63,226 bases of DNA, filler included, from Choristocarpus tenellus KU-1152 (GCA_964200185.2; 10 parts of 10 records of this genome joined end to end with filler, not necessarily neighbours in it); one strand, 5' to 3'. Counted from the whole stretch's first letter, positions 36,310 to 49,660 are shown. Numbers and translations: made by a program. The notes: a model not told the origin generated them from the letters alone.

Positions 36310-36362
36310 TTGCGACACCGGTGAGATTCGAACTCTCGCGTGCAAAGCACACAAACTTAGCA
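36310..36362 (-). pseudogene. 3' half of tRNA-Ser(GCU), positions 33-76, in primer-binding-site position; not an intact tRNA gene
   Basis: Minus strand reads T GCT AA GTTTG T GTGC-TTT-GCAC GC GAGAG TTCGAAT CTCAC CGGTGTC G CAA: anticodon GCT, Ser-type variable arm, T arm, acceptor 3' strand, discriminator G and CCA with one mismatch. No D arm or 5' acceptor strand. Confidence 0.85.
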
Positions 36363-36819
36363 TGTACATATCTCATTGTTATCCCATCAAGATTACCAAA
36401 TGACTTTCATTATCACTCACTTTTTTCATAGATTCAACCCATCCACATATAACTATAAATTATATTGGTGTGTGGCATCTTACATTTCACAAGATGTGTC
36501 AAGGTGAATGAAAGGGAAATACAAAGATCAACCGTAAAGAACTTCATGCTATACGTTAATTTATAGTACAAACTATAGAACAGTATACAAGAACGAAGGG
36601 TATTTCCAAAACACATCTCAAAATACGTAGATAGTAAGTATCATAGTACTATATTATTGTACTATAAATAATACTATCCACTACAATAACAAGTAGTAAG
36701 AAATAGTACATTAGTAATTCTGATAAGACGGTGAAGGACCGAAAAAGGATTCAACTCGCCTGTAAATAGTTTCCATTCTTCATGAATTATGGATTAAATT
36801 GAATAGTTTCATATTAGAC

Positions 36820-37200
36820 TAATATCCACTCCTCTCCTTCAACCAGTTTCACACCACTCATTCCTTACCACACCAACTCTGCCAGAACTTTTGCTGGACC
36901 ACTTACTGACCAGTGTGTCCAATTTCCATCACTAGTAAACAATGATCAACCAATGCGACCACTTTTCACCACTGGTTTCTAGTCACCTAAACAATGCAGT
37001 CATCAACCAATATGGTCAATTTCCGGCACTGGTATCCCACAATTAACCACTGCGGCGGATTTCCACTCCTGATGTCCAACGACCAATCAATGCGACCATT
37101 CTTTGCCACTGGTTTTCGGTCACAAATCAATCCAGTCATCAACCAGCAGGTCAATTTCCGCTACTGTAGTCAAATTAACCAAACAATAGAGCCAATTTTC
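36820..37200. repeat. Degenerate minisatellite-like repeat related to 4660-4930
   Basis: Repeated ACCAAT, GCGACCA and CACTGGT subunits. Confidence 0.6.
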
Positions 37201-37873
37201 TCCCAAAAAGCCTTACCTTCATCCATGGCACTCTACAACCCTCCACAATAACCAATGTTCATCCCTGAACACCCCCCAATTATCCCCTCCTGTACCATAT
37301 TGTTCCTTTGAACTAGAAGACATCTCCCCTGCCCGAGCATTACCTCCCCTTTGTTGCCATCCTTGTTGCTCCCCCAATCCTACCCGAGTGTAGTCCACAT
37401 ACTCCTCTTCTGGTCTCAACCTGAGGTCATTTACTATTCCCCCCAGGACGCATGTTGCCTGATTTCTCGTGATTATCTTCTACTTTTTCCCATCCTTACA
37501 TGTCATCGAGGGGTCGTCAGGTGGTAGGTCTGGGAAGCATTCCATAATTGCCACCACTCATCCCCTCTTCACTCTTTTGCTCCATTAAGTTGTACCTTTG
37601 CGCCCTTCCTCCACTGGTCCTGTTTTGTCTCTGTTAATGTGACCTCTACCTTGTGTGCCTGGTGTCTATCCCCCCAATCCAATCTGACTACATCTTTCCT
37701 GAACACAAATCCCGCCTCCTCACCACAAAATCTCTGTGCGCTCCACCCCTTTCATTGTAGGCCCACAACTCTTGAGATTCTTGTCAAATAGAAGTATGAG
37801 AAACCTAGTGCTAACCTTGACAGCTCCCCCTCCCTCCCTAAAATCATCGAACACCATATTGTCTCAGCTCTCA

Positions 37874-38009
37874 TCCTCCGCGTCAATGGTCTCCTATTCT
37901 TGCGTTGACTACCCATATCTGTGTGACTTTTGCCCATACCCTCCTCCGCGTCAATGGTCTCCTATTCTTGCGTTGACTACCCATATCTGTGTGACTTTTG
38001 CCCATACCC
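37874..38009. repeat. Perfect 68-bp tandem duplication
   Basis: TCCTCCGCGTCAATGG...TGCCCATACCC, two copies. Confidence 0.9.
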
Positions 38010-38145
38010 TTCATTATCGAAGACAAGAAGGAATGTTATGTTGGCAGCTGAAAATTGAGGAAATGTTTGTGATAGTATCGCATTGCTGAAATCCTACCCT
38101 TTGTCGTTCCTACTTGGTTCCCTCGACACTCATAACAAGAAGAAA

Positions 38146-38480
38146 TGGTTAAATATTGGCTACTCATTTGATTTGTTTTGATACGATACAGTATCGTCAG
38201 TCCATACTGAATGTTGATTTTCCATTATAATGGTCGCTATTTCTACTTACCTCATTAGCTCCTCATCACAACACCATCAACCACCTTCAGAACACCGCAG
38301 TACATAGGAAGCATACGAACAGTCGCTTCGTATCACATATACAGGCATAATACGTGTAACACCAGTTCCCTCAGATTTTTATAAAAGTTCGTCTTCTTGT
38401 TTCTTCTTTGTTTTTCCTTTCTCCTTTTTCACACAAGAACTTGTCAACTGCAAATCATGTGTCGATATATTATTTTTCTC
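38146..38480 (+). mobile_element. LTR family B fragment nested in the DIRS relic
   Basis: GGCTACTCATTTG...TTGATACGATACA...CAGAACACC...GAACAGTCGCT matches 27103-27300. Confidence 0.65.
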
Positions 38481-39799
38481 GACTGGTATTGCCCCCTCAT
38501 AATTCACCCTTTGACCCCTTCCTTGTTGTTCTCTCCTGCCCAGCCAACCCCCCTTCTGGTATAGCCCTCACAGGTGCACCAGCTGCTAAAGCAAAATCGC
38601 TCCAGGCGGATCGCGTAAGACACATAAAAAGCTTTCCGATAAACACCCACACATGCCACGCTCGGGCTGCATCCCTCAACTCAGGCCACCTTGCTAGTGC
38701 CTCTGTCAATTCGGCTGATATACCCTCTAGCAACGTATTCATCATAAGCTTGGTATCAATCTTCCGCCCCGCTACCACCTATTCAGTATCCAACCCCTTC
38801 AACTCATTGGCTGAAAGAATCAGAGGTCTGCCCCCTGTCCTGGAGCCTAACAAGCAGTTATGATCCAACACTAACGAGTTAGTAGCCAAGTGCAGGCTTC
38901 TCCCATCATCAAACCATTGGACTTCTACGAGTATGCTGTGGTCTACATACCTTCTGGCAAAAAACGGATCCTCTGCTCCCCCCCTACCACTTCCCTAACC
39001 TTCCATGTATCATCCAACTAACATACCACCCATGTACCCTTTCTTTCAGAATGCCCCACACTTGCAGTAATTTCCCGGGCTTCAGGGATCACAACAGCAG
39101 AGATGGGAGCTGTATTCCAATGAGGATGTTTCAGGGTACTCGCCATAAGGCCCCCTTCTTGGTTAATTCCACTCCCATGATTCCCATATTTCAACCTACC
39201 CTCTAGAGATAGCTTTCCGTTCCCTGCAACATCAGCTGGCACCACTCGTTTTACAACTTGCTCCAGCTTACCTATCTGTGGAAAGTCGACCTTCTATATC
39301 CAAAATGGTTGCTAACCCTACCCCACTCCAAATATCTGGGGCTCAATCTCTGCTGCAACCACGATACCAACTGCAACAGGTCCCCCCCACACTCGTCTAA
39401 TAAACCCCCTCACTCCTCCTTGATACCTCCCCAAGATCTCTTAACGTTTTCTAAGTTACGTCCCTTACACCCCTCTCCCTCTCCCAATCCCAAGAATAAT
39501 CTTCGATAATTCCTAGGCCTATCCTTTCCCCTCCTCCTCCACCTGTGATTGACAAATGGAGTGTCCCTGGTCTTGGTATTCATACGTTGTGCTGGGGCAG
39601 GGCTGATATTGAGTGATCTTGTGCTACCGACCCGTCTCGGTCTGAGATTGGCCTATGTCCTCAGAAGTCTTCTGGTGGTGTGTTTTCTCTTATGTTACAG
39701 GCGCCCCTCAAAGCTTACCTCCGCAGGATGTATAGCTCCAATCTACGGGCCTATAGATGATACTAATGTACGTATAGGACTCCTGATGCACAAGTCGTC

Positions 39800-39899
39800 N
39801 NNNNNNNNNNNNNNNNNNNNNNNNNNNNNNNNNNNNNNNNNNNTTAATTAATTAANNNNNNNNNNNNNNNNNNNNNNNNNNNNNNNNNNNNNNNNNNNN
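39800..39899. other. Artificial contig linker
   Basis: N44-TTAATTAATTAA-N44. Confidence 0.98.
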
Positions 39900-39975
39900 A
39901 ACCAAATCACCCAAAAATCGCGACATGGAAAAATTAACCCCAAATGGACAGCCGCCACCCCCCCCAGTTTGAGCC
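39900..39975 (+). mobile_element. MITE family 2 right end
   Basis: AAAATCGCGACATGGAAAAA...CCCCAAATGGACAGC...TTTGAGCC. Confidence 0.75.
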
Positions 39976-40785
39976 TCACTAATGTGCAAAGAGATTACAC
40001 CAAAACCTGAGGGGCAACCAAATTTCCTTACAGTGTCCACATCTCATCCCCACCTACCACCTACTACTACATCCAGGCAAACCACCTACCCCTGTACAAT
40101 CTTCGTCCTCCTTCTTCTCATCCTTGCCTCCTTCCTCACCATAAGAATCTCTTCCTCCTACACATTTCTTCTGTTCTCCCCACCGTCTTGCTAGGACCTA
40201 CCCACCATAGTAAATGAATACTCATCCTACTCATATTTATACTTTGAAGTGCAAGACTTTTGTGAGAAGCTCGCTGCCCAAGAACAAACCAATGACATTG
40301 GCATATGGGCTGTTAGGCGTCCCCTCTGTCCATTTAGAAAATTTCACGTATTGCTTGAATATGCTTCCAACTGCATCTAGTTTTAAATCTTGCAAAATAG
40401 AATGACAAGAATTTTGTTACTATTTGTTTAACACTGATGAATTGCTTGGTGGAGTTTACCCTGTGTTATCAAACAAGTTGATCTTGTACCTTTGACTGTT
40501 TCGACTGTAGGGTAATTCCGCAGGTGCTGCTAATCCAGTGCACATCATGTAATGCCATCCTGTTGCGTACTTGTGTTTTGAATACTCATCTTCAGAAGAG
40601 AAGAAACACAGGCATATACACATAAAGATATGGGCAGACACAAAAAAAAAGGATTTTGTCAATCACAACAATTCAATCCAGTCTATTTGTATATTCAATG
40701 ATAAAGGTTGCAAATGAAATATTTTTTTTATATTTTCATTATCTTCTTGTGAGTATGTATACTGTACAATTCACTTGAAACTTCC

Positions 40786-40865
40786 TACGTCTGCTTCGGG
40801 TACTTCCTACAAACACCTTGCCTTGTACGTCTGCTTCGGGTACTTCCTACAAACACCTTGCCTTG
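40786..40865. repeat. Perfect 40-bp tandem duplication
   Basis: TACGTCTGCTTCGGGTACTTCCTACAAACACCTTGCCTTG, two copies. Confidence 0.9.
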
Positions 40866-41755
40866 TGCGCACACCTCCATTAAACTGACAATGTCTCAGA
40901 CTGCTTCTTAACCGACTTCACTTATACTCTTCAATCCATTGGTTTACGACATGGCAAATCCCCTACTGTGAATGGCCTATCAGGTGTTGCTGCTGTCATC
41001 CTTGCTTGTGCCAAGTGTTGGTGGGGTGGTAGTGTTGGCATATATGCAGTCCAAGCTTGTGATTCAGGTGATATTGCAGTATAGGTTTCCTCCCAATATC
41101 CCTGGTTTTAATGTTTCTTTAAATACACCCTACTGAGTACAATACAACAAGCTAAGTCCATTATATGACGATGGTCCTGTATGGCTTGTGCTCAGAGTGC
41201 TTGGTACTTCCCTATGCTTTATATGGTGAGACAGCAACGATCACAATATTGGAGGTCAATATACATCATGTGCTAGGCACTTCCTGAATAGCTTGGAGGG
41301 ATCATGGGTTTGAGGGTCAGGTATCTTGCCAATTATGAATTCCAGCTCTTGCCATCTTGGTTCACATCCCTCATATTTTGTACAATTAATGTTAAAGGTA
41401 CTTTGAGTACATTGAGGTATAACAACAACCCTGACAAAAACAATAACCTCCATTCAAATGCTGATTGAGAGTGTTCTACTCAGGCCATGGACGTACCTGA
41501 TCAAGGACTTCAGTAGCAGCTATAAGCCTGACCTCAACCCTGTATGGATATGTTATTATTTGTAACAGAAGAGGTCTAGTGTTGCTAACCTTAGTGTTCA
41601 ACTAGTAGAGTCATAAGGTTCAAGATTTACTCAAGCCCTAATGATAACTAGGGCATGGAGGTACACACCAAATACTCTTTCACACCTTGACTACAATTGT
41701 GACATCTCTACCTCAGAAACTTCCCTCGCAGATATCCTGCTGGCATCACCAATCC

Positions 41756-41786
41756 TGACCCTAACCCTAACCCTAACCCTAACCCC
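41756..41786 (-). repeat. Interstitial (TTAGGG)n tract upstream of a kinase exon
   Basis: (CCCTAA)4. Confidence 0.8.
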
Positions 41787-41863
41787 TGACTAATATTCAC
41801 ATTTCTTACTGCAAATTTGATGACCATAAACACATGCTGACATCTCTAAATACATGTACACAG

Positions 41864-44800
41864 CTAGCGGCTGCTGACAAGAGGAGGGTGTCTCAAGAAC
41901 AAAGTTTTTTTGCTGTAACTGATGTAATATGTGGGGAGTCAGTGGAAAAAGGGGCCAAGCTGAGGAAGCGGAAGGGCGAGCTTGTGGAGGAGAGGTTAGT
42001 GCGCAGTGGGACTAGCCTAGTCTAACGATGGATGGATTGGTTAGGACAAGAGTGGGAAAGGAACAGACCAACAGATGGTGTTGCAACGACAGGAAAACAT
42101 AACTACTGATTATATTTATTGTGATACCATTCTCCGTATCGTTGTATTACAGCTGACAAATTAGATGCAACAGTGATGTTATCTTAGAGTTTGATATAAT
42201 TGCATCATTTATTGGTGATGCTTCAAGGGACTGTATTACCTGATCACATGAGGACTGATGATAATCTCATATTAAACACAACCAATACTATATCGGGATG
42301 TCAATGAACTCCAATATCCAGAACAGGCAAATAGGCAAACCTGAACCTACATCATGGGCTATGAGTGTAGAAATATATACCAGGCTTGATAATAGTATTT
42401 TCCTTGATTCTAGATCTCTTCCCTTTCTAGTTTCCACCATCCCATGCCACAAACTACACATAATTCTTTCTCATTCTCTGCCTACCTCCTACCAATTTCA
42501 TACCACACCCTAAAGGAGGAAAGTGAGGACCCTCAAAATGGACAAGTTGGCACTACAGGAAGAGGTGAGGTCCCTCCGTAGGCGCATGCTTGACTCACGG
42601 CAACCCCACAGAGAGGGCACAGAACATATTGCTGAAGAAAGCAAGCATGGGGAGGAACAGCGGCCAGGCAGGGAGCATGCTGGCACTATTAGGACATACT
42701 TCTCACATGTGAGGATGTTCTCTTGTAGCACACACAATTCACCTGTCAGATTGAGCAGATATTTTTGTTCTCTTCCAGAATGCTGTTGTGGGTAGTTCCT
42801 TGACAGGCACTGTCAATGATCAAAACCCCAAGATGAATATAGGGAAGGAGGGGGCAAGGGAACAAGAGATAGTATGGAGATAAATGGATTAATGGACGCG
42901 TGATGTCTTCAAGCTAATTGGTTTAACTGTGTCACCTTTTCTGATCTTCCCCAAGCGGTTGTATATTGCCCTATTTCACCCCCTTCATAGCTGTTTCCTG
43001 ACCTCTTACAGCTAGTGACCTTCGCTAACGACAATTACTCACTTCCATGAATTACCCCACTAGCTGCGTGCTGAGGCAATGAGATATAACTTGGTCACTC
43101 CTAGAGGAATAAATGGAGGCATGCTGGAGATTATGGGGGGAGCAGCACCAGGTTCTGGACCCGAGGTTAGGACTTGGTCTATCTATACATATTGCTGCCC
43201 AATGCCATGAGCCAGTTGGGGAGGACATCCCAACCCCATAACATAGCAATGATTATACTACTCTATGTCTGTAGCATTTGTTTCCCTCTATCAACAAGTT
43301 ATATCCCCTTTTAACAAATATTGTCCATGGAAAAGCCCGATCGACAATTTGTTGGATTGCTTGTGCTTGTAGCCTTTGGCTCCTGCTGACTCTCCCACAG
43401 ATTTGCAGATGACACATAGAAATTTCTCTGTGTCACAGAACAGTACTCTCTGCAAGATTCCATCTTGTTCACAATGCAGTCCATGAGTTCATATTTCTTG
43501 AGCTTATATTTTTGCTTTAGAGCTATATGTTGAAATATGTGCACAGTTCATCAACACATATTTGAAGTGTGGACTGCAAATATCTCCTAACTTGATCAGT
43601 ACACCCTTGCAATTCCACCTCCTACATCTATTTGAATGTATATATATATATGCATGGTCTTGAATCCGTTGATGAATTACACCACAAAGTCTGTTTGGGT
43701 TGTCATAAATGATGCATGGTTTATGTTCTAGATAGAATTTGAAAATCGTAGATAGAAAATGTATAACATTACAATGTGGTGAAGGTTATCATTGATTGGG
43801 TTTCCAACCTTGAAATTATATGAGAAGTTGAAATCAGTCGATTTTGAACAAAACCTCATCACAAAACCTTCCAATGTATCAGTTTCGATTTTAATTCCTA
43901 CAAAGTATTGGGTGATTCTTTGCAAGTGTTCTATATCTGTAGAACTTGAAAATTCTTCTGGTGCTCTTTGCTGTTGTGATTTCTGATAGTTCATGAAATG
44001 AAGGATGCTTTACAAGAACCTTTGGAGGAAAATATCGATGGTAGTTCCAAACAAAACAAATGTTTTAAATATTCTGAAAGTTACAAAATGTGCAATATGT
44101 GATGTAGCCTTTGAATGTGCTACTCTAAATATTGTATGACACACTTTCATTCCTAACTATCAACCTTCCCTCCTTTCTATGACCTACCTTAGGGAGCGTT
44201 TGGTGATGTAACATTCTTGCAGCCAACACAAGCCCTCCGGCAAAAGAGGGTAGACATTTCGGAAATCAACTTTGCTCTTAAGAGGGCAAAGGTGAGCAAA
44301 CATTGGAGCATCCCCTTGGTTGAGCACCAAACCAGTGATTGCTCCTTTTACTTGGGGGCTCTAGTAGTTTGCTGTTTTGGTAGTATGTAGAAATTCAAAT
44401 GAGAGCAACAGATGATCAGAACACACATATTCTTTCAATACAAAGCAGTAGCTTATCAAACTATACTCTCATCCAGTTTTAGGGCAATGGATGGCATTGC
44501 AGAGCTCCAACAAACAGTGCCAGACTACCTAGCGGGACCCACAAGTGTCTCCTCCAAGACACGGATTTTGATGTTCAAGTCCCCCATTCGTCACTGTTGA
44601 GGAAACCTTGTCACCCCCCAACTTGTCCACAATCCCCCTCAATTTAACACTTTTATGTCCCTAGCAATTTCCGACTGCACTTTGGGTTGGGAACAATGAG
44701 GTTCGAATCCTCAAGGATCTGCATGAGCGTGGCCAATGGAAGCACAACCACACAGTCCGATTCCTTGCAGGGCAGGAAGGGTCGGGAGGTGATGGGGTCC

Positions 44801-47795
44801 CACCCCTAATACTCATGGTAAAGGAGGAGGGAACGGTGGCTGACCTGATGAAGGCAGTGGGCCCGATGACTTGCAATGACATCTTGAGGTAAGTACCCAA
44901 AATGTTTTGCAAAAATGTAGCTACTTCTCTCTACATTGTGTAGCACAGCTTTGGGTTTCCTTCCCCCACCGCACTCCCTTGGCTTGACATAAGGTTCTAT
45001 TAAATGACTTGTCTCAGTTCCTGATGCTCCACGTAGTGCTAGCCTATTTCGCTATGACCTAAGTGTGGGATATCTACATCTTCTCCATGGTATTGATCCC
45101 ATCATTTTCTGCGTAGGCCTAGTTTGTTACTCCAAACAAAAAGCTAAAAGTCATCACTGACTGAAGAGAGTTCTGCTTCCCTGCCGTTTCCATGGCCACA
45201 GGCCCCTACAGGGGATTGCAGATGCAGTTCAAAAGCTCGCTAACCATCCCCTACAGATCCTACACCGGGATGTAAAGCCAGAAAACATACTATTCCGGAC
45301 TAGGGAAAATGGACAGAAAATATTCCTTCTAACAGACTTTGGACTGGCTGTTTCCACTGCTGGAGCAGGTATGGTGCAAATCAAATGTAGAGATTATTCA
45401 TGGAGCACTTTGTCATCTCCCTTGCTTGCACAGTTTCATGGTTTATTGTTAGCTTGTCACCATGTCATCTTTACACTGTTGGCATATGAGTCTTGGGTTC
45501 ATAAAATGGAGGATAATACTAGATTTCATCATTCAAATGGTTGAGAGGGAGAGGGGTTGTGGTATTATTATATATATATATTGCCGGTTGGGGAATTGGG
45601 AATTTGTTAAGCTTGCAACTCCCGAGACTTGTGCTTGGACTGTACCTCTAATGGGAGGCCTTGCACGTGGGTGTGCTGGTGAATACATGCCTGATGATTT
45701 CTTCTTCAAGGCTCAATTCGCTTGCTTTTGCAGCATCTCTTTCTACAAGTCAGATGTTGCTTCCCTTCCTCTTTGGAATATCATTATATCATTATAGCAA
45801 GTGATCCGGCCAATGTGATAACCGTTCCGGACTATCCAGAAATCTTTGAGTTGATTATGAGGGAACTTGTGCACCCTGATGCTTGAACCGATTTGATCTC
45901 GAGGAGAGAATGCTGAAAAGAAACATCGTTGTAGTGGAGTATGACACTGGCAGGCACAAAATGGCAACAAAATACACCACTATTCAAAAGAAGTGGCGCA
46001 GTATTGAACCTCAAAGAGGCAAGCCTCATAAACTCTAGAATTGCCTCTAGTTCTTTCCCACCATAATGTACCCTTTGAACAGAGCTGCATGCTGATCCCG
46101 TCTAGCCCTCTTATGTCTTGCACTGGTTTGAACGTCTGGATGCAGTACTGCCAACTGTGCCCGATAACCTTGGAGTTGGAACGATCATATATACTGCACC
46201 AGAGACCATGGTTCGTGCAGGCTCTGTTGAGGGGCGGACGGTCGGGTACTCGCTCCAGAGCGACTTCTACAGCCTGGCCGTTGTTGCCATTGAGGGCCTT
46301 CTCGGCTACATTCCTTTTGATTGCAATGTGAGGGGTACTTTGCTTCTTCTCCATCAAGTGTGTGGACTGGGAATCTTGACTTGGAAGCGTGGTATCCCTC
46401 ATGTATGAGAATGGGGCTTTATCAATTATCTGAAACCTTTTTAGAACCGAAATGTCTTCATCACGGACAGTAAAGTGTTGATTGCAACCTTGTATCACCA
46501 TTATTGCAAACATGTGGTGTGGTTGCAGGTTGTGGCACTTGAAGTATGAGAGACTCTACTATAGATTCTCCAATGTGATGATCGAACTGTTTTAATGGGC
46601 ACAGCCTAAACAATGTACTTGAAATCTCTTACTGCAGAGGTAAGAATGAAGCAGGACTGTTGTCATTGCATTGCACACTTTATCAGACATGGACAAGAAA
46701 TGGCCTTGGGGTGTGCTCATTGGGTGATGTGTGTGTGTATGAGTCTGTGTGCTATGAGATGTGGTCATTTGGATACCCAGACAGATCTACACCAGCAAAC
46801 CATTTCAACTGCCCCCCGCTCAATGCTAGTATGGGGCAAGGTATGTGCCAGTGGTCAAGCATTCCTTTGTGGTATACCCATTTTCCTGGTGGTGAATGCC
46901 ATCAACGACTGAGGGTTTTAGTAGTAGTAGTAGTATCTCCTCCTTGCCCTCCGTTTTGCTGTATCATTACTCCATATTTCTACAATGGGGGATTTATCCC
47001 CTCCCTCCCGGTGCTATGTTTTTTCTATGTGGCATGTTATCACCCTAGTACTATCAAATAGTTTCATCATACTTCAACATACTTTAGCCTAAGCCCAGTG
47101 CATCCATCTATTCTCCAAAAAGGAGAGATCAGCCTACATACAATGGCTGTGGAAACAGTTTCCTGACATCGAACTTGGATCCTACTGTGCTTTGGATTGT
47201 ACCCACGTCAATATACTTGGGTTGTTCTTGTGCACTTGACTTCTCAGGATAATTTATTTCAAGGTCAAGCTAGCTCTACAAGTTGACTTGTTGACAAATC
47301 TCACCTGCCATCCATTTCCCGTCTGCCATTGTGTAGACAGGAATATCTGTGCCAGATGGATGATGTGTACTGACATGAAAGTAGATGGGGTGGGAGATCA
47401 CTCCTCCAGGAGAAGAAGTAACTATTAAAACCTGCCAAACAGATGTGGTGATGAGGGGATCACACATAGACATTGATGTGCGTTTTCTTCATGTTGGGAT
47501 GTACATGCATATGTAGAGCCCTTGATATCTGAGCACATGTGATCTCTAAGATAGCTGACCATACCTGTATTGTCATTACCCTGTCATGTCTCGCTCCTTG
47601 TGGCAGGTCGAGACAATGCTGATGTTGAAGGAAGATCCAGATTTCACATTTAATGCAGGGTATCTTCAGCACACCTGTGGCACTCGAGTACATAGAGGCG
47701 CGATTGATGCAGTGATCCGGTTGCTGCCTGGGATTGATCCAATGCCTGCTCGACGACCAGAGTCAGCAGAAGCGTTTGTGAACCTGCTCTCTTGA
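41864..47795 (+). CDS. Ser/Thr protein kinase with an N-terminal coiled coil, 5' incomplete; exons 41864-41994, 42516-42708, 43064-43165, 44193-44291, 44665-44888, 45202-45368, 46146-46327, 47607-47795
   Basis: All junctions are AG/GT and phase-compatible (2,0,0,0,2,1,0). Motifs GPE|GAFGDV, FALK, NEVRIL, HRDVKPENIL, DFG, GTIIYTAPE, SDFYSL and DPMPARRP; stop TGA. Confidence 0.9.
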
Positions 47796-48839
47796 TTTGA
47801 CCGCAACACAAAAGGAGGATATCACTATCCCCTGTTTGTGGTAAACATGGTAGTTATCCAGCTCCAGTTGAGGTAGTAGTAATCCATCGTATACATCATG
47901 GGCTACTCTACCTATCTTGTCATCCACCAGACCGTTATGTTCAAGGTATTCTACCTAACGTATTGTCCAATGTACAACTAGTCCATGTTTCTACCAGAGT
48001 CATTGTGAGTTGTACATTGAGTTGAACCGTTACAGTCTCAATACTATGTCGTACATACTATACTGAATCACACAAGTGTTCAAGAATACATATTGACACA
48101 CTTCCCTACTTCTCCAACGAAGTGAGATAGACAGCTAGGTTGTTTTCTTTCCTTGTTTATGTCTTCATGTTCACTCCATGATAATATCTGATACAGGGCA
48201 ATCGTGTTATCTTTGGGTGTATTGTTGTTTTGGTGTTATTTTGTGTATTTCCTGGCAGATGGTTGTATATTGTGTCCCCCAGGATGAGCAAGCCGATCTG
48301 TGAATGGATTTGGAGTGCTATTTAGAGTATTCTAGGCAGATTTTCATATTTTGTGTTCTTTGGTGTAGGTATGTAAATCTGTGTATGGACTCTTGTCACA
48401 TGTCCATGGACTGGTATTCATACTTACAGTTGTGGATGTGAATGGATTTGATGACACTCATATGTAGGGGATTCAGCTGTCAAAAGACCATTCGAATATC
48501 GTGAGATATTTTGGAACACATGGAGGACACCGATTCCCTCTCTGTGAACAGAATAATCTTTTCCATCTGATACAATCCAAATCCATAAAAAACATACATT
48601 TGAGCACCTACTGAGACCTACACATCTTGAGATATGATCACCATCTTGTGCTACATTGAGCATTTAGGCTCCTACCCGGTCTTCAGTAAAGTGTGTGAAC
48701 ACGGCATTTGTAATACATTTAATGTCAGTGATAATAATGCTTTAGTGTGATAGACAACCCCTCCATACATCCAAACAAAAACTATCCCTTTCCGTCAATC
48801 CAAGTCATGGTAGTGTTAGTGTACAAGTCCATTTGGTAT

Positions 48840-49660
48840 TTTGCTGAGTATGTCTCCATGCTGATCCACAGTCCCTACGTATCTGGTCTGAATCTTCTTC
48901 TATCTCTTGCAAATGTCTTACATGGTGTTGCCCAATATCAATGTGCTTAGTCTGACCATCTGATCCCATTATTATCATTATCATTATTACTATTATTATT
49001 TCTATTATTAATATTTTTATGAATATGAATATTATTAATATTATTAATATTATTGTCCATCAACAATACTCTGTACCTCTCAATGTCTGGCTCTGCAAAC
49101 AATTGACTGTACTTCCAATACATAACCTCCTTCACCAGATCACACACTACTACAAACTTGGTCCCCATAATGGACAGTGTAACTCTTTCTGCCTACGACA
49201 TAACCAAGTACCAAACCTGCCCCATACAACACTACACCTCCATGCACTGCATATCGAGTCTCAACACAATCGGCAAGGTCAGCATCTGCATAGTCAATCA
49301 ACTGGTAATTGTGTGTTGTATCATGGTAGTAGTATAAGAAACACCCATACACCCATCCTCTTTCACACCTACCCATAAATGATCCTATCACTGTCTCTGC
49401 TGCCTTTCAGTCAGTAATTGTGGGACTCATACAATTTTTCCTCACAAGAGCATGCACTGCAGATGAAATGTCTGAGTGGGTCATGGTGGCCTCTCACATC
49501 AATCCCCCTATATATGGTCCTGTGTAACCGACTCCAATGAATTCCCTCCCTCCTCAAACAATTTTGGCGAGCTTGCTGGTACTCAAGTGTCACGTCAATC
49601 CAAAGTGTTTCTAGTAATTCCTCCACAAAACACCTGTTGGTCAAAATAAAACTGCCACAG
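48840..49660 (-). pseudogene. Copia RT/RNase H relic interrupted by an (ATT)n-rich tract (48968-49052)
   Basis: LIDYADADLADCVETRYAVHGGVV matches Copia RNase H YxDADxA..R.S.SG; DQHGDILSK resembles QxADILTK. Confidence 0.75.

Larger units (their letters stand above)
37200..39690 (-). mobile_element. Degenerate DIRS-like (tyrosine recombinase) retrotransposon: RT, RNase H and start of the YR region
   Basis: DPFFARRYVDHSILVEVQWFDDG (YVDD relic); KIDTKLM...LARWPELR...FIGKL; FCGEEAGFVFR; SSKEQY...WGVFR. Confidence 0.65.

Noticed and set aside
36310-36362. Functional, intron-containing or permuted tRNA-Ser gene
   Set aside because: No 5' half is seen nearby, the break is at 32/33 rather than the canonical 37/38 intron site, and the T stem has a mismatch
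36820-37200. CRISPR-like array
   Set aside because: Units are degenerate and irregular with no constant repeat/unique spacer pattern; the context is eukaryotic with no cas genes
40900-44100. Possible gag/protease relics upstream of and within kinase introns (about 40900-41750 and 43300-44100)
   Set aside because: Too degraded to assign
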